This document shows, piece after piece, positions 11,190-22,636 of a stretch of DNA of 64,000 nt. Each line of letters starts with the position of its first letter. The first letter of the stretch is position 1. Position numbers and translations under genes: made by a program. Origin of the DNA: Ramazzottius varieornatus (Eukaryota > Animalia > Tardigrada); contig BDGG01000001.1 in assembly GCA_001949185.1 (NCBI GenBank), positions 8,499,018 through 8,563,017 on the forward strand, in the 5' to 3' direction. The notes beneath the pieces are model-generated. The model was not told the DNA's origin and did no database searches. It worked only from the letters and a program-made list of their open reading frames with translations.

Positions 11190-13200
11190 AGGCTACTACC
11201 ACACCCGTATTGCTCCACACCGATACACTCCGTACTTGGTGTTGCACCTATCGACAGTGACTGCGAATCTTACGCACTCCAGTACCACTATGGAGTGGCA
11301 GAAACGAAAAGAAACTAGCAAAATGCTAGGGTACGTAGATGCGATGATTTTGTACCGTCGAGCAGAACAGATCTTTACGCTTTCCTGTCAAATGTCGCTT
11401 CTGATCAGTTGAACGAATTGTTATCACAGTCGGCTCTTGTAGTACGAACGACTGAAGCCGGTGTGCTCCACAGTTTGGTCGCACTTACTTCTATCCTTGC
11501 GGCCGGAAACATCTGCCACAAGCCGACACTGGCAGGAACTCAGCGTATTACCCCTGCTTTGAACTTCTTGAAAATTGGACCTCAAGGTACAAACATTTCT
11601 ACGAACAAGTTCGCATGAAACTACTGTAAACAGTTCCGCAATCACAACAGCCAGCAAGGTCAACTTTACTCCATCTTGTAGGATGTGGAAAAACCCAGGC
11701 GCTAAACACCTTGTGTATTGGCATCTTGGACAAGATACAATCACTCACGAACAAGGCCCTTTATGATGCACCAGGAAACACAGCTTGTAAGATACGTTCT
11801 CTTGTCATGGACAGAATATATGAAAATTGAAACCAGGGCGTTACTTTAACAGGTCTGCGGAAATTACTTCGAGATACTAAAGGTCTGCGCGGAATCGTCG
11901 TAGATGAGATAGCTGACACACTGAACGGCTTGACCACCAGCACCCAAGGATACAACGCCATGTCTCATCTCCACAATGCTTTTAGCGGTGGAAAAATTCA
12001 AACATCGTTCGTCAAAGCAGCAAGCGACAGCATAACGAATGCCTGTGTTACCATCGCTGGCACGATTCATCCTCTGGCCTTTGCTAGCGTGGTTCGCTTG
12101 TGGAACATCGGCAACGGATTTAAAGAGCGTTGGCTACCAATCACGCATGTCGAAGAAATGCCGCCATAGCGACATTCCCACAAAGCTCAGGCCGAGCGAC
12201 CAAAGCAAGACATTTTGATGCAAATCTTTACAGCACTCTCCACCTACTTCACGTTGGCTAAAGACGAAATTGAAGTAGCCGCTACTGCCGAAGCATGCGA
12301 AAGAGTTTACCAGTTCTCTGAGTCCTAAGCCGTTCAAAGCTGCAACCTTCGGAACGACAACGCCAGACTTCATCAGCGAGAAACGGAGTTCACCAAGTAT
12401 AATCATAAGGCAGAGGCAGAGGACCTGATGCAAAAGCTGGCGCTGGTGCTCCAAGTTCTCAAAAATGCTATAGCAAGCTACACCGAAACAGGTAACACTC
12501 TTTTGAAAATAAAATAATGTACCATTTACGACATGAATCTTACTCTACCTTCAAGAAACCTTCTTAAATGTCACCAAATAGCAATCAAGTTGTGAGACTG
12601 ACATCTGCAGTCAACATGTGAAACTTCATACCTTCCAGACGACATAGATATACCTCTTCATCTGGAACTACTCACCGTCAAGCGAGCCATCAAGTACGTG
12701 GAGACCTGTCTCAGCGTACTTGAATTATTCTGTATGGACCCTAGTCACCGCAGTGATAGCGAAAATTTGCTCGCACTAAATGGTTCCTTCCTTACACCGC
12801 GACTAATCAAAGAAGCTACGCTTTACAAGAACTGCTACTCCTTTGCCGAACCGGAGGCGTTCAGATCATTGTGTCAAGAACTCCAGCGAAAAAAATTGGG
12901 AAAACTCATTGAGGTTCCGGCGCTGGCGAATTTCCTGAACATAACGCTGGTGTTCTACAAGTATCCCCCAGGAATACTCGAAACGACTGACAACTAAAAC
13001 CATAGACATGTCGATTAATGAATACAACTCATCATATCAAGCTACGCTCATAATGCGCACAAAAACAGGCAAGGACCTTAAGGAAGGCCTTGAAATAATC
13101 CAAGCCAACAATCCTTACGAACACCACACATGTAACAGAAACCAGATTCTCACACTGATGAACATCGAGACTTGAGCTGCGATTTTTCTCGACAGATGAA
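11190..13200 (+). pseudogene. Intron-containing DUF3987/YfjI-like AAA+ ATPase (putative helicase) pseudogene
   Basis: Removing GT-AG introns 11587-11681, 11787-11852 and 12492-12638 gives one frame. It contains Walker A GPQGCGKT, Walker B IVVDE, IAGTIHP (cf. I.GGIQP), NGFKERWL (cf. DG…RFL), KLALVLQVL and TVKRAIKYVE, then a C-terminal LGKL…VFYK.PP segment. In-frame stops at 11316, 12167 and 12326, and a probable frameshift near 12995. Confidence 0.75.
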
Positions 13201-13959
13201 ACTCCAAGACTTGTCAAGACGTCCAGAACCGTCCATGCAGCCGTGCACTCTGAACTGCAAGCCATCTTGACAGCTCCTCAAATTGGGAACGCCAAAAACT
13301 TACAAAATAGTAACGAGGTTGTATAGGATTCACAAAAAACGCTCCCTGCACATGATACTAATAAGACTATTAAGAACTTGCCTCATAGCTAATAGGTCGG
13401 CCTGATGATGTTTTCTTAACACTACCGCATACAAAGCGGTTTTATTTCAAAGCATTCCAACAGACCAGCATCCGTGACAGGAGGTTGCACCAGACAAACA
13501 TGGCAACGTTGGCGATCTTCCTCCAACAGGAAAACACATTTCATCTACGGATAGCAGTTCATGTGTCTTTCCCATTATTAAGACTCCCCATAACGAGTTC
13601 TCCGCGAATGGAAACGTATGCCGGCCTTCTTAAACTCAACACTTGATACATCAGCGATCACTTCACCCAAACCGATTCTAACAATGGCACAGGCTCTCCG
13701 CCAACACAACGAAACCGTGCAACACTCAGCACACGAATTCACCCGGGTTGCTTTTCCAAGTAGCGGACGCTCTCCCGAGACAATCTAACCGTGCGCCACT
13801 GAAACGTTAACACCTTACACATCAAGGTAATCGATCTGCCCTCCAAAGTATACAACCTTCTGGAGGTCAGAGGTTTTTGCGTCAACGTTCGACTTAGAGA
13901 ACAATGACTTTTACCTAACCTCCAAAGTATACTACCTTAACAAACTCAAAAGAAAACTC

Positions 13960-14055
13960 CCCGTACACAATACTCGTACAAAAGTACGTATAAGACATAA
14001 CATATACAAACCAACTACGTACAAAATACGTACAAAATTTACCCAGAGTACATAC
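13960..14055. repeat. Cluster of degenerate TACGTACAAAA repeats
   Basis: Repeated TACGTACAAAA / TCGTACAAAA / CATACAAA units. CCTCCAAAGTATAC is also duplicated at about 13840 and 13919. Confidence 0.5.
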
Positions 14056-16418
14056 AAGAAGATTAAAATTAACGGCGCATAGACACCACCTTTCTTTCTC
14101 CACACAGTGTTGATAGTGGAACTTCAGCGCGAGCGTCGGCCGAACAAGTTAGCCGAGATCCTACTCATTTACGGCACGTACCATACACGCTGCAAAAGCA
14201 TGGAAACATGAACATTGACCAGTATTTGCTGTGATCATGGTGCCGAGCCCCTGTCGCTCCTGATTTTCCGGTGGCTGGTTGCACCGTCCATGTATACTGT
14301 AAGACATGAGCACTCATGATGCTCATGATGTTGACATGATGCTTTGGTACTTGACCGACCACCAGCGCCGGCAACTTCGGAAGCTTCGATCGCCTCCGAA
14401 AATCAATGTTTGTGTGCCTGGCCGTCAGTGGCTACCAGTGGCTACCAGTGGCTTCTGCGGCTCCTGTGAGTACCAGTAAGTACCAGGACGGTGCAAACCT
14501 CGGTGTCAAAGTCTCTTGACCATGCAGTACGGACAGCTATCGTTGCCGGGACGGTCCCACCGATCTTTAATATTTGCGTGACCAGTTGTGTTTACTCTTC
14601 AATCAGCCAACCAGTAGAACTAATCAAGATGGGTATGCAACATGGACGACAGTATGTACATGGAGTGTTGCACGTGAAGGATAACGTTGAGAGCGTGCGA
14701 AAAGTCAGTCAACTGCTCACATTTGCCCTCTCGCATACTGCAACCCTCACAGTTGGTTGGGAGGGGCTCCACCTCTGCTATGCGATTAGCTTAGGCCAAA
14801 TAAAACATAGAATTGTGACGCGAGTCTGCGCCTGTTCACGAAAATTTGACGAACATCTCGAACAACTCTCAGCATCTGGCAATTTTTTCAGATTTCTAAA
14901 ACAGATTCGTCCGCTGGTCAAGAGAAAAATATGAAGGTTAGCCGTTTCAAGTTGATAGGTGACGCACTGTATATCATCTTCCTAATTTTATTCAATTTAG
15001 AAGACGGTGATTCGTCCTATGTGACCAAGCCCCCAGGTTCGACCTGTTAAAAAAACGCGGAAGCGACTTTCCCACCTGGTATTCAGAAAACCCGAAGCCG
15101 CGTGGTGCTCAAGGTGTTGGTTGAGCGGAGTGACCAGTTCATGCGAACTCACGACGGGCCAAATGTTCGCTGTGAGTCAATTTCTGAGTTGACTGAGGTG
15201 TTCCTTCTCTTCGTGTGAAATCGATTGTTTACACTTTACCACACCACTGGTTCCGTTTCCACTTCTCATATTTAGTCGCAAAACTTGCGGTCTGAACGGA
15301 CCATAATATGAAACATGCGTAAAGTAAGAATATTCAAGACTGGCGGCCACGCGACTTGGAGCGAAAAACCACCAATGCGCGCGTCATCAGGTCACCATGA
15401 CTGATTCTAGTGACTCAATGCGTACACGTGCTACAAATTGGTTACACATATCCTACCGCGTGTAGGACTCCACCTGGTTCCGATGCGGCCACGTTCGATA
15501 GGGACTTCGTCCTTGTGCATCATACCGCTTCCGTAGATAGAAAGAGCACATGGTTTCGGAACCTCAAGCGGCGCTGTAGGTCTAATAGACACTCGGTTTG
15601 ATTTGGTAGGCCTTTCTATTATCTCGTTACGCCAAGCATGACGCTGACTAGTACGTGCAGCAGCCGCATGCAAGACACAGCGGGGAGAAAAATACTCGAA
15701 TTCACCACCTTGAACTTCGCCGGCACAGCGTCACCGTTCTTGCGGCGTGTGAGGTACAGCATGCTGAATTTCGCACGACTGAGTAGTATGCGCTGGCTAG
15801 AAAGGACGTAGTCCCAAGTGAGCCTTCAACTCATATCGCCGTTTGCGATAAAATTATCGAGCAACTTGAAAGAACTGATGCTTAACTTGTCAGCAAACGT
15901 AAGGGTGGGTACATTTTTGAGGCTTCCCTCTGATCATGGTGTGAGAGAGTTTTGCAGCCCGTTTTATCCCCTCTAACGCAGACAAAGACCAGTGTCCTGG
16001 TCCAGCACATACCAGGAGCAATCCCAGCACAATTCTTGGTAATCTACTGAGCACCTTCGAAATACAACTGTTGTTTCGGCACTGAAACTACAAAGTTTTC
16101 CGCACAGCCTTTATGAAACTTCTAATAGAGACCGTCAACCAGGCTCAGAAATCGAATTGATTGCGAGAGGCCTGGTATTTTTCTGCCTAACAGAGCGACG
16201 CCGGCGATATGGTCGGGAACGACGAATCAAAGCCTGCGATTTTTCACCAATCGAGTAAGTCAAATGCGGTTCAGATTCAATAGTTGTTAATGAAGATGAT
16301 TCTGACACTTATGATCAAATGAGACTGATAACCGAGAGGGTACAAAGTGCAATTTCGGACGCAGAATAAGTTGCGGAAGTTCTTGCGCCAAAATATTCGG
16401 CCAGGAGCACCCCAGAAC

Positions 16419-17608
16419 GCCACTTGCACAGCCATAACAACCGGCAACGAGACGGTTCGATCCCTCTCTTTTCAACGCGACTCCGATTGGGAAGCAGAAA
16501 ATGCTGTTAAAAAATGATTTTTATATAGACTAAACATTTCTAGCGTCTTCCGCAGTAGTTGACTCGTCGACCCTTCCACTGGCTCCGGTAACAAGAAAGG
16601 GCGAGCGAAGCCAGCTCGGAAAGCAAGAACAACTCCATCAGTACATTCATTCATTGCGACAAGCAAGACACAGAAGATGACAATTTGATTCCTTGTAACA
16701 GGTGCAAGAATTCCTACCATATAGCTTGTCAGTCCCTCGACCCAAGTGCTTGAAACAGAATCCGCAAACAAAGAAAATCTTTGTGAAACTTAACATGCAA
16801 TACAGTACACGACTTCATATGAGCTTTGCTACTGCGCGGAAGAGCTCGTATTTTCGACGAGCTGCACACGTACACGGTAACTTTTAAACACTGCAAAGCT
16901 CAACATTCAGTACGAGTAACACCATATTGAACGGTTTTTCTTTCTATTTTCGCATTTCGGCGTCCAGCACATTAGACGGGACTGCTTTTCCTACTACTAT
17001 TGCGATGTATAGACAGTTAAAGGTACAGTGTAGAATAAAATACCTTCCGAAAAATAGCTTGGATGGTACCAAGTGACTTCAAGCAAACAAATTTGGAGAT
17101 CTGGCAGATAGGAAATATAATTGGTTACCTGTATATAAGACTCACCGTCCATTTTCAGAAGTTAATTTCGGCGGAAAATGTACAAGTATGTAAGAACAAT
17201 GTCCAAAAGCGACAATGCAATTAGTACCTGATGTTCTGGCGAAGCTGAGAGAATGACAGGTGGGAGAGGTTCCAAATGGTACAGTCAGACTCGGTAACCA
17301 CACGGTATTCTTTTGGGGGAAACTAAGCGCGCGACAGGTGTGGGTTTTGTGGCGCTCCAATCACGGTTGTCGTTGCGAAGGTCTTTGACGGGAGAAGAAG
17401 CTAAATTAGCTGAGGCTCCATGTTTCCAAGTGTTCGGTTTTGTTGATGAAAGCTGTAGGTATGGCGGGAGCAGAAAAAGTTCTGTCTGCATTCGATACTA
17501 ACAAACAAAGATATATAACAAAAATCAATACTAACGATCGATATTAATGCCACTTGCACAGCCATAACAACCGGCAACGAGACGGTTCGATCCCTCTTTT
17601 CAACGCGA
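16419..17608 (+). repeat. About 60-bp direct repeat pair (16419-16480 and 17549-17608)
   Basis: GCCACTTGCACAGCCATAACAACCGGCAACGAGACGGTTCGATCCCTCT(CT)TTTCAACGCGA is present twice, differing by a 2-nt indel. Confidence 0.85.
16640..16795 (+). pseudogene. Degenerate PHD finger
   Basis: From 16655 it reads CDKQDTEDDNLIPCNRCKNSYHIAC, a C…LI.CxxC…YHxxC spacing, followed by a stop and frameshifts. Confidence 0.5.
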
Positions 17609-17954
17609 TGTTAATGAGATTCGACGATCCCACTTCCTTCCATGATAAACCACTCCGCAAACATGGGTGTCACTTTGAAGTGAGTCGCCCACCCCTTTCG
17701 AGTTTATACGCAAAATAAGTATTAATGCGATCGATAACGTCATTATACAGCGCTGTTAGGCGCATGCCGATGACGTGTTTAATCCCGTTTCTACTTCGTA
17801 CGGCTTACAGCGGGAGGCGCGATAGAGCTCAGGTACACACACATTTTAAAAAATGCTGTATTACGCTGTACGACTTTTCGCGAAAGTTCGAAGATTCTAA
17901 ACAGTGCTGAAATAAAAGAACGTGCAAACTGAGACAGCGTTCAACCAGGTTCGG

Positions 17955-18075
17955 TTGGTCCAGCCGAGCGGGCGAGACGTTTTTAAAGGGAGACTCGGGC
18001 AATGTTAAGTTTGACCACCCACGCGATGGCACTTTTTGGGGCGGACTCGGAGCCAAACTCGTTGCCATTGGCTGA
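17955..18075 (-). repeat. Copy of the dispersed element also found at 52548-52620 and 53360-53417
   Basis: Its reverse complement matches GTGGCCAAACTTAAAATTGCCCGACTCTCTCTTTAAAAGCACCTCGCTTCGCTCGGC (53360-53416) and CCCCAAAAAGTGCCATCACGTGGGTGGCCAAACTTAACAT (about 52580-52619). Confidence 0.75.
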
Positions 18076-19099
18076 CGCATTTAAGCGCTGTCGTATCCAG
18101 TGCACTCATGCCCAGTGAAGTGCGCGCTCGGCTGTGCAGTGGTGTACCATTTGCTAATTAAAGGAACTCTGGCTGAATTCTTGCCAGGAAACGATGTAAT
18201 ATTTTCAGCACTTTTGGCGTCCTGTACTCGAGGCCAGCCAACTAGCATGACCGCCTGGCCATGTAGCTCAACAGACCCGTTTGTGCTGTACCAAGACCGA
18301 CACCTGACTTTTCTAACTCGCCAAACTGGCAAATACTTTTCTAGCCGCTAATTTTCTCAGCTACAGGCGGACTTTCGAATATGACACTAACTCACGAGCA
18401 TCCCTAACACCTTTCGCTGTTCTAAGCCAGGCAGAAACAGAAAATAGCAGGGAGATCATGTCGGGAGAAATCTCAGAAGTCATTCGAAAATGGAGTCCGA
18501 TATCAGGGAGCGTATTTTCTACAGACGGCAGTGGAAGCGAAGCCAGTAACACCACATATCGGCCAGACCAAGCCAAACTTTCACGGCATTGACGGCCTGC
18601 GCCGTTGTGCCGGTACAATTTTCACTTTTTCTACTGAAACTCTGAACGACTAAAACTCCGCTAACTACCACGCGAAAAAGCATCGTTTCACAAGAATTAC
18701 TAGAGTAATCTCTCGCTGGGAACATTTTCCTTTGCTTTCTGCCCTCTCATCCTGCAAAACCTACTTCGTTCATTTAGCACATGTGTGAGGTGTTCTTGCA
18801 CAAGGGCAACGAGCTCTGTAGCTTTCCGAGGTTGCTGCAAATTTGATGTCCAGTGGCAGACTGCGTCACACGGTGTCCCACCCATGATAATTATGCTCAG
18901 TTAAACCCTTTAATTCCCTTAATTCAAGTCCTTCCATCTGGACTGTCGAATTCCCGTTTGGGTGGCCCCAGAGTATCCAGATAGATTGATTGGGGGTAAA
19001 AGCCATCTATTTCTGAGGATCTATCTGGTGTGACAAACTCCGGTAGGCTATCGGGCTAGCCAGAGCTGCACAATCTCGTAAGTGGCTCCAATCAACCGG

Positions 19100-21535
19100 A
19101 CCACCTGTTGATTTGTGGTGTTGTATGCCTGTGGCTACCTGTGTTGTCTTTGCTTACAGAAATTTCCAGCGTCCAAGGAAACACCAACGGGGAACTGGGG
19201 AAACAGCTGATCTTTCGTTACGCAAACCTAAACGGGATCAAGTCGAAGTCGGAAGGGCTGAAAGCGTGGACGGGAAGGGGAAAGGTGGACATCGGCGCCT
19301 TCGTCTAAACATGGGCTGATGACAGTGTTACGGATACGTTGACTGCTGATCTGAAAAAGTACAACGTCCACAGGAAAGACCGAACTGGCTGTCGAAAGGA
19401 GAGTGGTGGTGGCGTAGCTATCATTGTAAAGAAGGATCTGCACACGCTGAGAGCTACTGAATATGAAGTGGAAGGACTAGAGCTCATGTGGGCGAAGGTT
19501 GTGGGGATGAAGATGGTCGCGCTGGTCGGTGTCCTGTATGCTCCATGATACAATATTGAAGTCTTCGCAAAGCTCCGCTGTTCCCTTGAGAATATTCCAC
19601 CTTATCTTCGAAGAAACATGGTCATGATAGTTGATTTTAACTGTCCTGATATCGACTGGGACGACATGTCAGCAAAGAAACCTCGGACAAGGGAGCTGCT
19701 TTCCGTCATCGAAGAGTTTGCACTCTTCCAAAGAGTGCGCGGGTTGACCAGGGAACAGAACGGATCATCGTCGTGGCTGGACCTCCTCTTCGTTACCCAG
19801 CTGAGCCTTGTCCGTCAAGTCAACATCCTCCCCAAGCTGACATTTTCGAACGACCACTGTGGACTCCAGTGCCTTATAAAGCTGTGGAAAGTCAACTTTC
19901 CAGCTCCACCAAAACCAGTCTGGATATCTGAGACCGGAAGTCAGCACGAATTTCGTAAAGAGGTTGCCAGCGTTAACTGGACATCGTTATTTGACGCTCA
20001 TTGTGACTCAGATGTGGCGACTGTTACCTTTGAAGCTAAATTGGTGTAGATTGCGCAGAAACATTTCAGGTTGAAGAAGGTTGGATCGAGATGTCTTAAC
20101 CGACCATCACTCTCCCAGCGGACTATTGACAGTCTTGAGAGACGTGACGCAGCATTCCGGAAATGGACCAAGACTAAAGATCCAAGGGACTACAGCCTGT
20201 GGGTGGATCGTGCAAGGGACTCGAAGAGGCTTCTGAAGGCCAGTAGAACGAGGCAATTCCGGAACATCGCCACTCTGTCGAGAAGATGTCCAGACGCGCT
20301 ATGGAAGGACGGCAAGCGGTCTTCCAAGTCTAAGAGTCTTCCTCCCATTCCTGTACCTGGCGCCGAGAGAAGTGACTGGTTCATCCCAAAGACAAAGCAG
20401 AACACATATCCAGCATTTTCCTCAAGGATTATGGCTCGTGTGGAGTACACTGTCAACCACTCAACAATCAAGCCCCATCCACCGTTACAAGATGTGAAGA
20501 CTGGCTGTCAAATTTGAATGTAACGGACCGGAAGTGGATCGGAAGTGTGGGAAGTACTTCGGAAACTCCCTGGTAAGAAAGCCGCAGGTTCGTCTCTGCT
20601 GACAAACGCTCTCATCAGCTGGCTCAGCTCTCGTCTATCCACTCACTCGTCTCTTCGACCTTGTCTTGCGCATCAAGCAGTATCCCACCTCCTGGAAGCG
20701 AGCAGATGTTCTGCCAGTCCCAAAGAAGGATGGCGCCATCTGGAGGCCGATCTTGCTTTTATCCCCTTTGTCTAAAATCTTTGAGAAAGTTTTAGCTATT
20801 CGAATTTCAAGCTTTTCAGAGGAAAACCGTCTGTTGACTACGAGACAGTTTGGTTTCAGGTCGAAGAGAGGCGCAGCTACTTCGCATGGTCCATCGGTGG
20901 ACGCAAGGCCTGTCGGACAAGAAAGGAAGTGGAAGCAGTGTTCCAAGACTGCACCAAGGCGTTCGATAGAGTCCCCCATGAAGTGCTGGTAAAGAGCCTG
21001 CAAGACCACGGTATCAACGGCGACCTGGTAGCCCCTCAAGTGATCAGCCAGCCTAAAGACTGCCGAGCCTTTCGAGAAAGCCTGGATCAGTTGGGTGAGA
21101 ACTGCGCAGAAGCCGGGCTGAGCCTGAACCCAAGCAAATCGCAGCATCCTCGCACCTCCTTCAAAAGATCCGGAAGTGTCCCTTTCCCTCATGGTAACTA
21201 CTCCATCAGCGGTCAGAGGATTGCGACGGAGAGCCGAACCACGTGCTTGAGAGTCGTAATCGACCGGAAGCTGAACTGGACTGCACAGGTCGACGCAGTG
21301 ATCGCGAAGTGCCGGAAGCGGCTTCACGCCATTCGCTCGCACTTTCCCTTGCAGCTTGGCGCGGCGAGGCAGCTGCTGTGCAAGAGTCTAATTCGTCCCG
21401 TTGCTGAATACACTGCTCAGTCTGGAACCCCACGAACCACAAGCACCAAAGACAGTTGGAGCAAGTCAAAAAAGATTTCCTCAAGAGCATCCGGCTGAGC
21501 AGGATACTCAAAGGACAGCACGATGGAGACTTCAG
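19100..21535 (+). mobile_element. Degenerate APE-endonuclease/RT LINE (CR1/Jockey-like ORF2)
   Basis: APE motifs: YANLNGIKSK, RKDR…GGGVAIIVK, DFNCPDIDW, LDLLFVT, NDH. RT motifs: YPTSWKRADVLPVPKK, WRPILLLSPLSKIFEK, QFGFR, DCTKAFDRVPH, LSLNPSKS, LNWTAQVD. Stops and frameshifts are present, and the central QG/YADD region is deleted near 21025. Confidence 0.9.
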
Positions 21536-22636
21536 CTAATACAAACGTACATAACTTCTGCCTTGATCACGAACGAATTTCCGCCCATCTTCGGCAAACT
21601 GTCAAAGTCTTCGTGCCTTTGAGTCCTATCTCGATCGATTAGACTTCCGGAGATTCTCTTGGTGTATTCAAAACGTAGATAATTGTTTGTTTTGATTGGT
21701 TTTGTATTCTTTCGAATACTTCTATTATGGCTCTCTTGCCAAATCTTTTAACTTTTGTCAAGGCTTAGCATTTGCTGGCGATCCAAACACGGGTGAAGCG
21801 ATTATTGAATTTATTCCTTTTAACTCGGTTCGTAACGGTGAAATTGAACCTGTCGACTTATCAAACTGTAACCCGAAGATACACTGGCTACCGCGGATGA
21901 CCGACCCCTTCCCCCTACCCTTCTATTCGAAAAAATATAGCTTACGTTCCAGCACTCCGCTTCTGAAAGTGCGACGTGTGTCTTGATGAAAAAGGTCGTT
22001 CTAGCTGGTCAGATGAATTTTTACGAAATCGATCAACAAATCAACTAGCGAAGTAAACTTCGCTGGCGTCAAAAAGTTGCCCGTTTTTGGAACACCGTAC
22101 CGCAGCTCATCCTCCACGAAACACACGGTTTTTGCTCTCTATAGATGAAACAAACATCGATCTATTACGCAGAAGGAAAAGTGAGTCTGTCGCGGAGCTG
22201 CGTGCAGCGACCTAGAGTCTATGACTTTTGGTGCGTCGACAATTCAACCGATTGTCCATAGTCTGCTAATTGACTTCGTGCGCCCCCTCAGTTTTTCAAT
22301 TTTTTCTCCGCATAAACCGCTGCTTTCATCGTTAGCTGGGCATGAACCTCCAGTGCAGTCTTCAACTCAAAAGACGCCATGATTCGGCAGAGCTAAGAAC
22401 GAAACTGCTGTGCGAGATTTAGCCTCCAGGTGAAAAAAATTTTTATTGTCGCTGGAAACCGCGTCGCCAGCTCTTTCACTGGCCTTACTTTCATTTCTGT
22501 TCTAGGCTCGTTAACATGGGATCTGACAGCTGACTGAATCGTAGAATCTCTGGATGCTTCAGGACTCTTTGCTCATCGCAAGGAGTACCATGCGACACCC
22601 GTTGTTTTCTCTATCGGATCATCTAGATATGTCTGA

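Noticed and set aside
18960-19075. Possible hammerhead/HDV ribozyme in the LINE 5' region (stem CCAGATAGAT/ATCTATCTGG with CTGAGGA)
   Set aside because: No correctly placed GAAA or stems II/III could be built by eye, so only a hairpin is supported.
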